Part shown: positions 28,283 through 43,931 of the stretch, in pieces
Layout: every line of letters begins with the position of its first letter
How positions within the stretch are numbered: the stretch's first letter is position 1
Source of the DNA: Eledone cirrhosa
Taxonomy: Eukaryota
Assembly: GCA_964016885.1 (NCBI GenBank)
Contig: OZ024754.1
Location: forward strand, 15,376,001 to 15,440,000
Direction: 5' to 3'
DNA length: 64,000 bases
Notes under the pieces: generated by a model
Told to the model about the DNA's origin: nothing
What the model saw: only the letters and a program-made list of their open reading frames with translations
Databases searched by the model: none
Made by a program: the position numbers and the translations under genes

Positions 28283-30912
28283 GATATTAAATAAATGGAA
28301 ACTATATTTATAAAACCATATTTATTTCGTTATATATATTTCAGGGATATCATATTAACAATATGTTATGCCTTCTTCAGACAAAATACAATATAAACAG
28401 TCTTATAAATAAATAGATACGACATACCTTTCAATCACCTTGCATTTGGGAGGTTGATTTGGCAGTAAAAAATATTGTGGACAGTTGTAAAAAGAAAGAG
28501 ATAAAGAGAGAAAGAAAGAGAAACGAAGAAAAAGAAGAAATGCATGTGACTAAATAGAGATATATAGAAAGATAGATAAAGAGAAGAACTTCATGTAAAG
28601 AAACAGAGAGAAATATATATAGAGAGAGGAAAAAAGAAAGAGATAGATAGAGATAGATAGAGAAACTAGGAAGTTGAGTATCGGTTGATACATTTATTTA
28701 TTTATTTATTTATTTAGCTCTAGTATTAATGTAAAGAGAGATGTATGTAGTTAAGAGAGAAAATAGCCGTTATATAGAGAGAAAAAAGAGAAAATGAAAA
28801 AGCGAAAATGAAACATAACCAGACATAAATGATGCAGAATTTAAAACCGCTATGTTTTATCCCGTAGAAAATATTAGTTCGTATAAAACAGGCATTATAA
28901 TGTAAATACCAGTATTCATGAATGAGACATGTATCTATAATGTGTGAAAAGTAATGATCTTATGTCTAGTTTTTAAAAATTCATATGTTTATATCATAAT
29001 TATAAACAAACTCCCAATTCACACGAAAACATTCTCATTGTGCTATAAAAATTCAAGTATACATATATGTGTGTATATATACACATATATATAGAGTCTA
29101 TATTAATTTTAACAATACTATTCTTGTCTTTATTCTACATGATTGTCGATCAAGCAGAAATAGAGAACAGATTTCAATATATTAATAAAAATAAAAATAA
29201 AAATATCAGAGACAAGAAAATAAATAAATAAACAGAAAACTAAAACATTTAATATTAAAAATAAAAAATATTACAAAATATTAAAAAATATTAAAAAATA
29301 ATACAAATAAAACACAGAGATCAGCCTTTCAAAGTTAATTGACAATATATTGCCAAGATCATCATAAGCATCAGAGTCGAAACAGATAAAACAAAAATTG
29401 TTTACCAAATCCTGTCTAGCAGAAATCATTCCAAAAGTTTAGGATACCCATTTGGTCTACATATTTAATATAGAAGTTTATCTAGTTTAAAATTTAATTC
29501 GATATATTTGGAGCATCAGCTTTTAGGGTAGTTTAATTATTCATGAAGAATGTTTTAATAAAAAGAATGTTTTAATAAAAAGAAGAAATCGAAAGATTTA
29601 TCGGCTAGTTTCATAAATAATTACAAATCAAATCAAACATAACTACATTTTAAATTTAAATTTATATTTAAACGTTGAGTTCAATCTATGTCTGCAGCAA
29701 CTGAATAAATTTGTCCGTAGATTAAGGGAATTTTTAGATTTTAGTATAAAGAATATCTCCTCCGCACAGAGGTCACATGTCTCAGAGGATGAATTAAAAG
29801 GAATCCCCCTTGAAACTATATTCCAAGTCGTCGAATATCTAACGTTATCATGTCTAAGTTGCCAGAGTACGCCTGATAGTGCTGTTGAAGATTTTTTGGA
29901 TGGATCTGTGAAAGAATTCTTGTGGTTGTTATAGCGAAGTTTAAATTCCGTCGATGTAGAACCAACGTAGTTAAAAGAATTAATGTCCGTTTTAACATTA
30001 CAGTTGTATATTATATTTTTAACTAAGCAGTTGTTATTTAACGGACATTTAGATCTATCTCTACAGTTACATTTGTTAACTTGGATATTATTTATGCTAT
30101 TATCGCTAGGTTTTAAGTTCCTGATATTTATTCTATTAATATTTTGCGCTAAAATTTTGGTGGATGAGTAGGTTAGTTTTATAGTATGTCTATTGAAAAT
30201 TGAGTGATACCTATGTGTTCTAGGGAAGCGATTATCGAGAGCTTTAAAAAATATTTTAGCAATGTGGGTTTTAATGTTTAGTGAGAAAGGGGGGGCAAAC
30301 CATATTATATTCCTAGTTCTATTTCTTTTATGGCTTTTGGAATTATTGTAATGCTTTCTATTATAGTTGTTAAGGTTGTGGCCATAATTAAAATAGTTGT
30401 TATTTTGTTTAATTTGTTTATCATTATCTATGTACATAATTTTATCACTATATCCTGCTCTAGCTAACGCTTCATTGTAATAATGGGCTTTTTCGTCGAA
30501 AATCTTTTTATTAGATGAGATTCTAGAGATACGTGATTGAACAGAGTTTACTATAGTATTTTTAACAGATTTGGGGTGGTTAGAGTTAAAGCTGACATAG
30601 TTTAAGTTTTCATTCAACTTGTGAAATGGATAGTGAAGACATGTGTTGAGATTTAATGTTATATCTAGGAAGTTGACTATTCTATGGTTATTCTCAATTT
30701 CTATTTTTAGATTAAAGTGATTAAAAAATTGTGTAATTTGTTTTCTTTTTCTATTTAGTTCAGAGTTATTATTATCAATAAGTAAAAGCATGTCATCTCT
30801 ATATAAACCTCCGGTAGTACCAGGTATTTTCCTATGCAGCGAATTGATTAAAAATAAGCCCACAAGGTCTGTTACCTGAGCTGAGTCGGATGATCCCATA
30901 GTAATGTCATTA
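28283..30912 (-). mobile_element. 5'-truncated Naiad-type PLE ending in a family F terminus
   Basis: RT/GIY-YIG ORF, ~1.35 kb 3' UTR, HHR at 28323-28388(-), then (TA)n. Confidence 0.9.
29643..30899 (-). CDS. PLE reverse transcriptase (C-terminal half) and GIY-YIG endonuclease
   Basis: MGSSDSAQVTDLVG, LYRDD catalytic motif, NFLDITL, WFAPPF, CNCR..CPL..CL, IIY..YVGST, CDLC, CCRH. Confidence 0.92.
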   Translation of the reverse strand: MGSSDSAQVTDLVGLFLINSLHRKIPGTTGGLYRDDMLLLIDNNNSELNRKRKQITQFFNHFNLKIEIENNHRIVNFLDITLNLNTCLHYPFHKLNENLNYVSFNSNHPKSVKNTIVNSVQSRISRISSNKKIFDEKAHYYNEALARAGYSDKIMYIDNDKQIKQNNNYFNYGHNLNNYNRKHYNNSKSHKRNRTRNIIWFAPPFSLNIKTHIAKIFFKALDNRFPRTHRYHSIFNRHTIKLTYSSTKILAQNINRINIRNLKPSDNSINNIQVNKCNCRDRSKCPLNNNCLVKNIIYNCNVKTDINSFNYVGSTSTEFKLRYNNHKNSFTDPSKKSSTALSGVLWQLRHDNVRYSTTWNIVSRGIPFNSSSETCDLCAEEIFFILKSKNSLNLRTNLFSCCRHRLNSTFKYKFKFKM

Positions 30913-31100
30913 CATTACTCTATATATACTATTGTATTGTCACAGTAAAGGCTTTACCTCACATAATATCTCACATAACATTTACATTACTCTATATATA
31001 CTATTGTATTTTCATAGTAAAGGCTTTACCTCACATAACATTTACATTACTCTATATATACTATTATATTTTCACAGTAAAGGCTTGACCTCACATAACA
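30907..31100. repeat. ~59-bp tandem repeat (3 copies) at the PLE 5' junction
   Basis: TTACATTACTCTATATATACTATTGTATTTTCACAGTAAAGGCTTTACCTCACATAACAT repeated. Confidence 0.8.
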
Positions 31101-31103
31101 TAT

Positions 31104-31160
<57 letters not shown>

Positions 31161-31163
31161 AAT

Positions 31164-31198
<35 letters not shown>

Positions 31199-31221
31199 AA
31201 TATATATATATAAATATAAAT

Positions 31222-31290
<69 letters not shown>

Positions 31291-31346
31291 AATATATATA
31301 TATAAATATATATATATAAATATATATATATAAATATATATATATA

Positions 31347-31495
<149 letters not shown>

Positions 31496-31573
31496 TCTTT
31501 TACCTGTTTCAGCCATCCGGCTGAGGCCATGCTGGGGCACCGCATATATATATACATGTATATATACATATAC

Positions 31574-31643
<70 letters not shown>

Positions 31644-31756
31644 AAAAGAATGAAATGAAATGAAATTTCTCACTCTTGGTACGGCTGATACTCAAATATA
31701 AGCATACATATATATGTATACAGACTTACAGTAGTATGTATATATATACATACATG

Positions 31757-31811
<55 letters not shown>

Positions 31812-32169
31812 GTATGGGTTTACCGAACATTTATTATAATGTTCGGTGTGTTTGTAAACAAACAGCCCGAATTAAGCCATACAGTGTTCGGCAACCATCG
31901 TCGCCCTTTTGTTCAACACTGACAAAGGAACGATTAACTAGTTTGAAGTTTATTAGCTATCGTCAGGATCGTATACCTTCCTGTCAGATGATTGAACGTT
32001 TGAAAGTATATACTTTCCTTATGCATATTAATGGGTGAGCAGCCTAATTTGCATATCGAGTGAGTTAGTCGGCAGGGTATGTGTGCATGTATGTATAGTA
32101 TATATACATACTACTGTACGTCTGTATACATATATGTATGTACGTATACATACTTATATATATATATAT

Positions 32170-32764
<595 letters not shown>

Positions 32765-32769
32765 CTTCG

Positions 32770-34805
<2,036 letters not shown>

Positions 34806-35033
34806 GTATTAAGGATACTATTTATGGTTATGTATATAGTAAAACTTTTTATAGTTATATATATTTTAAACCCTAAACAATGAAAGACGGTAATTTATTA
34901 CTACCTTATTACCAGTAAGATAAATAGCTCAATGTAATAACATCAGTTGTTCTACAGAGCCATTTATTAGCTAATAAATGGTTTGAACAGAACTTTGATT
35001 CATGTGATTTCTATATATTTATATATATATATT

Positions 35034-35071
<38 letters not shown>

Positions 35072-35125
35072 AACGGAAAAAATGAAACGAAATTTCATTT
35101 ACCACTCTTAGTAATGGCTGTACAT

Positions 35126-35230
<105 letters not shown>

Positions 35231-35250
35231 AATTAAAATATAACATCTGC

Positions 35251-35354
<104 letters not shown>

Positions 35355-35355
35355 T

Positions 35356-35388
<33 letters not shown>

Positions 35389-35641
35389 GGGATAACAATA
35401 TATCGTTAAAGGTAATCCGATAAGAGGTTGTGAAAACTACTTATCATGAATAGTTTAAGCGTACGGTGTTGTGTGACTCAATAAGTGGTTTACGTGGATG
35501 ACGAGTTTATCACTTCACTTGTATTCCTAATTTCTAGACAACTCTATCATAGAAAACATTGTTAGACTGTAAATAAATTTCATTGTTTGTAATGATGACC
35601 ATGTTATTCTTCACCTTTTCAATTTTATTATATATATATAT

Positions 35642-36135
35642 TAATTATTTATTAAAATAACAGATTAAAGTTTAAGCAAAGAATCGCTGCTTTCACCCTT
35701 AACGGGATCTTCTGAAACTAACAAAGTCAATCTGTAAACGCAGAAGTGGATATTTCATAAAACGTTGCAACCGAAGGAAGAGAGGAAGACGATACTTTGG
35801 TTCGTGGAAACGTTCGCTGGCAAAGAACGGGAAAAAACGAATATAATACGTCATTAATAGGAGCGGTGAAAAGACAGAACCACGTTTATGGTATAAAAGA
35901 GGTCGTAGACTAATGTTCTCTTAGGTGGTTCATAGAGACGTTCTCTGGCAATGAACGAAAAAAAAACGAAGATAATACGTCATATGTGGAGCGTGGAGAA
36001 CAATAGCACGCAAAGACAAAACCACGTAAATGGTATAGCAGAAGTCGTAGACTAAAATTCTAACTAGGAGACCGAATGAATCTCCGCTTCAGAGTTAAGA
36101 ACAAAGTAAATAAATACAATACAGAAGTAATAGAG
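35642..36135 (-). mobile_element. Family M pLTR fragment with HHR-like motif at 35669-35719
   Basis: Highly similar to 14615-15020. Confidence 0.7.
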
Positions 36136-36187
36136 ATAAATAAATACATTCCCACAAACATTATTATTATTACTATATATATATATA

Positions 36188-36630
36188 TAATATTATAATG
36201 AAATGACAGGAGGCTGGATTTGTGTAAATCCTTGAAAGGTTTATTATACTATGATCATTTCAATGACCGGGTTCCGTATGAATCCGGTGATATCATCAGG
36301 TATTCGAAATATAATAAGTGAATGTAATAGATAAAATCCATGGGGCTGAAAATCAAAGACCCGAGGGCGACCGCCATCCAGCATCTTCTACCTTTGCCGG
36401 TCGCCCTCGAATCGCCATTGAAATGATCATAGTATAATAAACCTTTCAAGGATTTACATAAATCCAGCCTCCTGTCATTTCATTATAATATTTAACTCCG
36501 TAATAGCACCACCAACTATAAAAACAAAGACGGTTGAACTGCTTTACGTTGAGTACTCTCTATATTATTACATTGAGATTGACCATACGGAATTGACCAG
36601 CTCTATCCAGTGGTGAACCTCAAACCCGAA
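36188..36630. mobile_element. Fold-back mini-element with HHR and 3' tail
   Basis: 36190-36266 inverted to 36416-36492; tail to 36630. Confidence 0.8.
36246..36303 (-). ncRNA. Type I hammerhead ribozyme
   Basis: ATAC-CTGATGA-..ACCGGATTC(atacg)GAACCCGGT..-GAAA-TGATCA-TA^-GTAT. Confidence 0.82.
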
Positions 36631-36654
36631 TATATATATATATATATATAAATA

Positions 36655-36820
36655 ATCATCATCATCATCGTTGTTTAACGTCTATCTTCCACGCCTAGCA
36701 TGGGTTAGATGGGAGTTGTCCCACTTGAGGTAAACTTGGTCGGGTGACCATGTCTCGCTCATATAGGACTATCTGGCAGGTTTTCTATGGCTGGATGCCC
36801 TACCTAACAGCAACCACATT
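36655..36820 (-). mobile_element. RTE-tailed SINE fragment
   Basis: (GAT)n tail and a 3' end resembling the RTE terminus at 39355-39410. Confidence 0.55.
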
Positions 36821-36861
36821 ATATATATATATTTATATATATATATATTTATATATATATA

Positions 36862-36958
<97 letters not shown>

Positions 36959-37267
36959 TATGCACAGGATCCAAGGAGAAACTGGTAAGATTTACACAAA
37001 TGCGAATTTGCCAACATAAAACGAATACATCTATTTCTTCTATGTAGATATGCGTGTGTGTCTGTATGTGTATGTGCGTGTGAATGTGTGTGAATGTGTG
37101 TGTGTGAATGTGTGTGAATGTGTGTGTGTGTGTGTGTGAATGTGTGCGAATGTGTCTGTGTGTGTGCGAATGTGTCTGTGTGTGTGTGAATGTGTGTGAA
37201 TGTGTGTGTGTGTGAATGTGTGTGAATGTGTGTGTGTGTGTGAGTGTGTGTGAATGTGTGTGTGTGT

Positions 37268-37329
<62 letters not shown>

Positions 37330-37949
37330 ATATATAAATATATGTGGAGGGATGTGCCTGTCATTTAAGACCACAATGAGGTAAGGTAAGAAGAAAATCT
37401 GGTACGACACTTATCTGTCCACAGATTAAGAAGAAAGTACGAGTCTCACGTGAAGACAAAGATCAAAGCCAGCAATATTAGCACGGATATTGTAATCATA
37501 GTTATTCATGAAGGACAGTATAGCAATGGCTGGTATGTTGTTAATTATTAATCTTCTCCTGAGGGATTACACGCGGCTAAACAACAAGGGTTTATGAAAA
37601 CAAGGGATATTTGTATAAATCGTGATATATTTGGAAGCTATAAATAGCCAGGGTCGGTATAATATACGTTTAAATGATTATCCATCTTACAATGATTTCA
37701 GGAGTTTAATTACGTTTTCATTTGATATGATTTTTGCAATAAACTATAGAAACAGTTTAATCCCCCAAAAATATGTCCTGCCTGATTTGAATTACAAGTA
37801 TCATTGCTATAATTATCTATTAAAACCTGTAGGCTACCAATACTGTTATTTACATCTATTTGCCTTGCAGCCCTGTGTAAGATCGATCGAGTAAGAGCTG
37901 TTTGAGTTTCAAGAGCTGTCTATTTATTATGTATTATCAATGTTGTATT

Positions 37950-39412
37950 ATCAATGTATAAAATTGATGGAGCAGGTTATGAAAGTGGCAGAAAGGATAT
38001 TAGCAAAACTAATTAGAGAAAGGGTCAAACAACTAGATGAGATGCAGTTTGGTTTTGTGCCTGGGAAGAGTACAACAGGTGCCCTCTTCTTGGTGAGACA
38101 ATTACAAGAGAGGTTCTTAGAGAAAAATAAGCCACTATACTTAGCCTTTTGTTGACCTAGAGAAGGCTTTTGATAGGGTACCCCGATCTGTCATCTGGTG
38201 GTCCCTAAGGAAACTAGGTGTTGAGGAATGGCTTGTGGCGACAGTGCAAACTTTGTACAGAGGTACTGTCAGTAAAGTCAGGGAATGGAGTTTAGTGAGG
38301 AATTCCAGATACAAGTAGGAGTACATCAAGGTTCGGTCCTCAGTCCGCTCTTGTTCATTATAGTCCTCCAAGCCATAACAGAGGAGTTTAAGACTGGCTG
38401 TCCATGGGGACTTCTTATATGGTGACGATCTGGTTCTTATAGCAGAATCAGTAGAGGAGCTAGAGAATAAATTCTGGCTCTGGAAACAGCAGTTGGTAGC
38501 AATAGGACTGAGAGTGAACTTAGCTAAGACAAAAGTGTTGATGAGTAGAAAAGAGGACAAAACTCTGATTGAGTCAGGGAAATGGCCATGTTCGATATGC
38601 AGAAAAGGAACTGGCTTAAATTCTATAAAATGCACACAATGCAGATCCTGGGTACACAAGAGAAGTAGTGGGATAGCAGGCAAACTAACAGGTAGGGAGA
38701 AATACGTATGCAGTAGATGTACATGGAAATTAGACAGTAGAAGTTGCATTGATAGACACATTTTTCAAATGCAGGTGGGTGCTATAGAAGTGGTGGATAG
38801 CTTCCGGTACCTAGGAGATCAGATTAGCATGAGAGGGCGGTGTTCCGAGGCCATAGTATCTAGAATAAGGACGGGTTGGAAGAAGTTTAGGGAGTTGCTT
38901 TCTCTGCTGACGAAGAAGGGTTTCTCCCTGCGTACGAAAGACCGGTTATATGATGCCTGTGTGAGGAGCGCGATGCTGCATTGTAGTGGGACATGGGCAG
39001 CAACTGCAGAGGATATGAGCGGTTGGAGAGAAATGAGGCAAGCATGCTCCGTTGAATGTGCAATGTCAATGTGCGTGAACGACCCAGCATGGATGTGTTG
39101 AGAGAGAAATTGTGTTTGAGAGGGATAGAATGTAGTGTGCGAGAGAGGAGACTGAGATGGTATGGACATGTGATGCGCATGGAGGATGACCGATGGGTGA
39201 AGAAGTGCCAGGAAATACCATTTGAAGGAAGACGTGGTAGAGGTAGACCACGAAAAACATGGGCGGAGGTGGTGAGAACATACCTCAGATCGCTGAATCT
39301 CACGGTGGAGATGACGAAGGACCGTGACAAGTGGAGAGATGCTGTGCTGAATAAGACCCGTCCCACCCTTGCAAGCAGGGAAAAGCGAACGTAAAATGAT
39401 GATGATGTTGAT
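37950..39412 (+). mobile_element. RTE-clade LINE 3' part (RT with PHD-like zinc finger), frameshifted
   Basis: MQFGFVPG, FVDLEKAFDRVP, GVHQGSVLSPLLF, LYGDDLV, CSIC..CTQC..WVH, RLRWYGHV, GRGRPRKTW; (GAT)n tail. Confidence 0.92.
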
Positions 39413-39623
39413 GATATACACATATATGTATGTGTGTTTGCATGTGTGTATAGGTATATATGTATGTATATGTGTATATGCGTATGTATGTGTATATATA
39501 TATATATATGTGTGTGTGTATGCATATCTTGTGTATTTGTTTATATTTAAGTTGTTTTTATTTATTTCCCCCACCCCTCCCCCTTTTTTACTTTATTTTG
39601 TTTTTGATTTTGATTTTTACTTT

Positions 39624-39707
<84 letters not shown>

Positions 39708-40102
39708 TTTTTTGTATTTTTTGTTCTTATTTATTTATTTAGTTATTCCTGTTACTAACTACTTCACGGTTCTGTGTGTACATTTTTGAGTGCATATATA
39801 TCTGTGTATATGTATGTGTATGTATTTATGTATATATCTGCGTATATGTATGTGTATGTATTTATGTTCCTGTTCGTATTTCTATGTAGACGCAAATACG
39901 CTTATGTGAGAAAGTATACGTCTACGTACTTTTTAGTATATGGCGTAGTTGAGTGTGTGTATTTTTACGTTCTGGATATTTATATTTATATATATATATA
40001 TATATTTTTTCCTATTTCCTTTTCACCCGTTTTTTTCAGCCTCACTTTCATATTTCCTAAATTTTATTTTCAAATCCATATTTAATAGAAATACCAGGTT
40101 TT

Positions 40103-40169
40103 TTATTCATTCTGACGACTGAAGACAGACACAACATCTATCTTCAAGAAGCCACTGGTAAATAAATAA
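40103..40169 (+). ncRNA. Degenerate hammerhead ribozyme (GAAA>GAAG)
   Basis: TTATTCATT-CTGACGA-cTGAAGA...TCTTCAa-GAAG-CCACTGG-TA^-AATAAATAA. Confidence 0.6.
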
Positions 40170-40220
40170 TTATCTTATGTTGTTTATTTCATAAGTATAT
40201 ATATATATATATATATATAT

Positions 40221-40694
<474 letters not shown>

Positions 40695-40769
40695 AAATAA
40701 AATATATATATAATATTTATTTATACATAGTATATATTATATCATTTTATTATATTATATATAAGTAAG

Positions 40770-40953
40770 GGGTTGGCAGTAACGGTACAGGGTCGGACGC
40801 CATGCTTTGACGCATAGAGTTACGGCCCTTGCCATTCTGAGTTCAAATCCTGTCGGGGTTAACTTTGCCTTTCATCCTTGCGGGGTCGATAAAATAAAGT
40901 ACCAGTAATCCACTGGGTAATTGCTGGCATTGTGCCAAAAGTAGAAACAATTA
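40770..40953 (+). mobile_element. tRNA-derived SINE
   Basis: Matches the SINE consensus. Confidence 0.85.
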
Positions 40954-41573
40954 TATATAAATTAAGGATTTTATTTATTATATATTATTTACAATTGGCG
41001 TGTAGACAGGTCTCTCTGGAAATGAAGGTGTAGGTGCTGAGGGTATTACGTGGCCGTGAGGGGGCGGTGGCCCAAAAGATTTGAGAACCTCTGCTCTACA
41101 CTGTAGAGGTCTGTGTACATCAGGGCTTCTTAGTCTCGTACGTACCACCTTCAGTCAAATCCACTTCTCTCCCTCATCTCTTCTCTCATTATTCACACTG
41201 TATCATGTCAAGCGCTAAGCTATACATTAGGCCCAGTTATCCCATCTCAGAACAAGGACCCTCAGGAAGTCCAATCTATACACCTGTCTTGACCTGCAAT
41301 AGTTGAAGCACAAGGTATGCAAGTATGGTCCCATAACTCCTGATAGAGTCATACGGGCGTCGTATTGATATTCAGCGTTTCTTGGGCATTTTTTAGCCTG
41401 GCGGAACCCATCCCTCCCCAGACCTAAATTCAGCAGATACCTTCCAGAGAAAGATAGAAATTGAGAGAGAGAGGACATGAGAAAGAGATATAGAGGAAGA
41501 ATCCATCTCAGTGCTAGACTGCTACTTTTTATATCGACGTCGAAACGATGAAAGGCAAAGTTGACCTCGGCGG

Positions 41574-42355
41574 GATTTAAACTGAGAGACAAAGATGCCG
41601 AAGATTTAAAGTAAGAGACAAAGATGCCGAAGATTTAAACTGAGAGATAAAGATGCCAAAGATTTAAACTGAGAGACAAAGATGCCGAAGATTTAAAGTG
41701 AGAGACAAAGATGCCGAAGATTTAAACTGAGAGACAAAGATGCCAAAGATTTAAACTGAGAGACAAAGATGCCAAAGATTTAAAGTGAGAGACAAAGATG
41801 CCAAAGATTTAAACTGAGAGACAAAGATGCCAAAGATTTAAAGTGAGAGACAAAGATGCCAAAGATTTAAACTGAGAGACAAAGATGCCGAAGATTTAAA
41901 GTGAGAGACAAAGATGCCAAAGATTTAAACTGAGAGACAAAGATGCCAAAGATTTAAACTGAGAGACAAAGATGCCGAAGATTTAAAGTGAGAGACAAAG
42001 ATGCCAAAGATTTAAACTGAGAGACAAAGATGCCAAAGATTTAAACTGAGAGACAAAGATGCCAAAGATTTAAATTGAGAGACAAAGATGCCAAAGATTT
42101 AAACTGAAAGATAAAGATGCCGAAGATTTAAACTGAGAGACAAAGATGCCGAAGATTTAAACTGAGAGACAAAGATGCCAAAGATTTAAACTGAGAGACA
42201 AAGATGCCAAAGATTTAAACTGAGAGACAAAGATGCCGAAGATTTAAACTGAGAGACAAAGATGCCAAAGATTTAAACTGAGAGACAAAGATGCCTAAGA
42301 TTTAAACTGAGAGACAAAGATGCCACAGATTTAAACCGAGAGACAAAGATGCCAC
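41574..42355. repeat. 29-bp minisatellite (~27 copies) inside a minus-strand SINE
   Basis: Unit GATTTAAACTGAGAGACAAAGATGCCAAA with no spacers; SINE sequence continues on both sides. Confidence 0.95.
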
Positions 42356-43108
42356 AAAGCAATCTTATCCGACGTTTCTAACGACTCTGTCAATTCGCTG
42401 CTCCAAGGTTACTGACATCAGTTTTAAAAATAAAAGACAAAGTTTATCTCTAGCGAAATTCGAACTTTATATGTAACCTTATTTATTGATATTTATCAAA
42501 ATGCCAAGGGCGTTGGCTCTCTAGTAATTATATCGGCCACTATTTCTCTTCATGTTTCATATGTCCTTAGATTAAAGCTTATGACAAAAACAGCAGGACA
42601 AAACCACTCATACGACACTTCAAAATATCTTTCTTCCCTTCTGGCTTGGTTCTTCTATTCATTAGATGAAGAAAATCATTAATTAACAATAATAAATAAA
42701 CCTCTCAAACACATACATTCAATTCAAGTAGAGACGTCTGTGCATTGTTCTGTACTCTATGTACATACATATATCTCCTTCTGCCTAATAGATAGAACCA
42801 ACAACTACATAGAACCAACAGAAATATACTTTCAGCTAAATAATCTAGAAAATGTCTGATTATTCTAGAATTCTTCAAGCTATTTATTATCTTTTTCTTT
42901 TATTTCTCCTTCTGATGACAGCCACTGTATTATTTGATATATTTTCAGTATATCAAATCGAATTTGATTTAAAAATAAAATAACTCACACTCACACCTAC
43001 ACACACACATACACACACACACACACAAATACACACAAATACACACACACCAATACAAACACACATACACACAAATACACACACACACATACACACACAT
43101 ACACGCAA

Positions 43109-43145
<37 letters not shown>

Positions 43146-43778
43146 ATACACACGTACACACACAAATGCAAATACAAACACACAGACACACACAATACAC
43201 ACGTGCACACACAAATGCAAATACAAACACACACACACACACACAAATACACATACACACACACACACAAATACAAATACACACGTGCACACGTAAACAC
43301 ACACAAATACCAACCCACATATGCACAATTACAAACACACACACAAATAGCACTCACACACACACACAGACAGAAACAAACAAAAGAAAACAGACAAAAC
43401 ACAAAAACCATAAAACACAAAACTCAAGAAAACCAAGAAGACAGCAATCACGCCGCCGCCGCCATGTTGTAAGAAATATAGCCAGAGTATTGTGAAGAAA
43501 GTAAAAACAAACGAAAGAGACATATTGACATTTCATTGAAAGTAAATAGGTGTTTCAAAACACCTTCCACAGCTAGCAAGTATAATCAAATTAATGAGTG
43601 AGAACAAACAAGAATGGTAACTGTACAAAAATATCATTTAGCTTCTTGTAAATATACTACTTTTCATAATGTCTCACTGAAAAAAAACAAAAAAACAGGG
43701 AAAATAAACTACAGTTATTTCTATAAATATACAAATAGTCTATTGTTTAAATACACATATATACTTAATATATACTTA

Positions 43779-43824
<46 letters not shown>

Positions 43825-43890
43825 ATAAATATGTGTATATATAAACATATATATATATATATATACCTCAATAAACGTAATGAAGATCTA

Positions 43891-43929
<39 letters not shown>

Positions 43930-43931
<2 letters not shown>

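Noticed and set aside
41227-41592. Possible host exon
   Set aside because: The ORF starts in SINE/minisatellite sequence; I recognised no domain and no convincing splice pair.
41574-42355. CRISPR-like array
   Set aside because: The units are contiguous with no unique spacers, there are no cas genes, and the context is a eukaryotic SINE.
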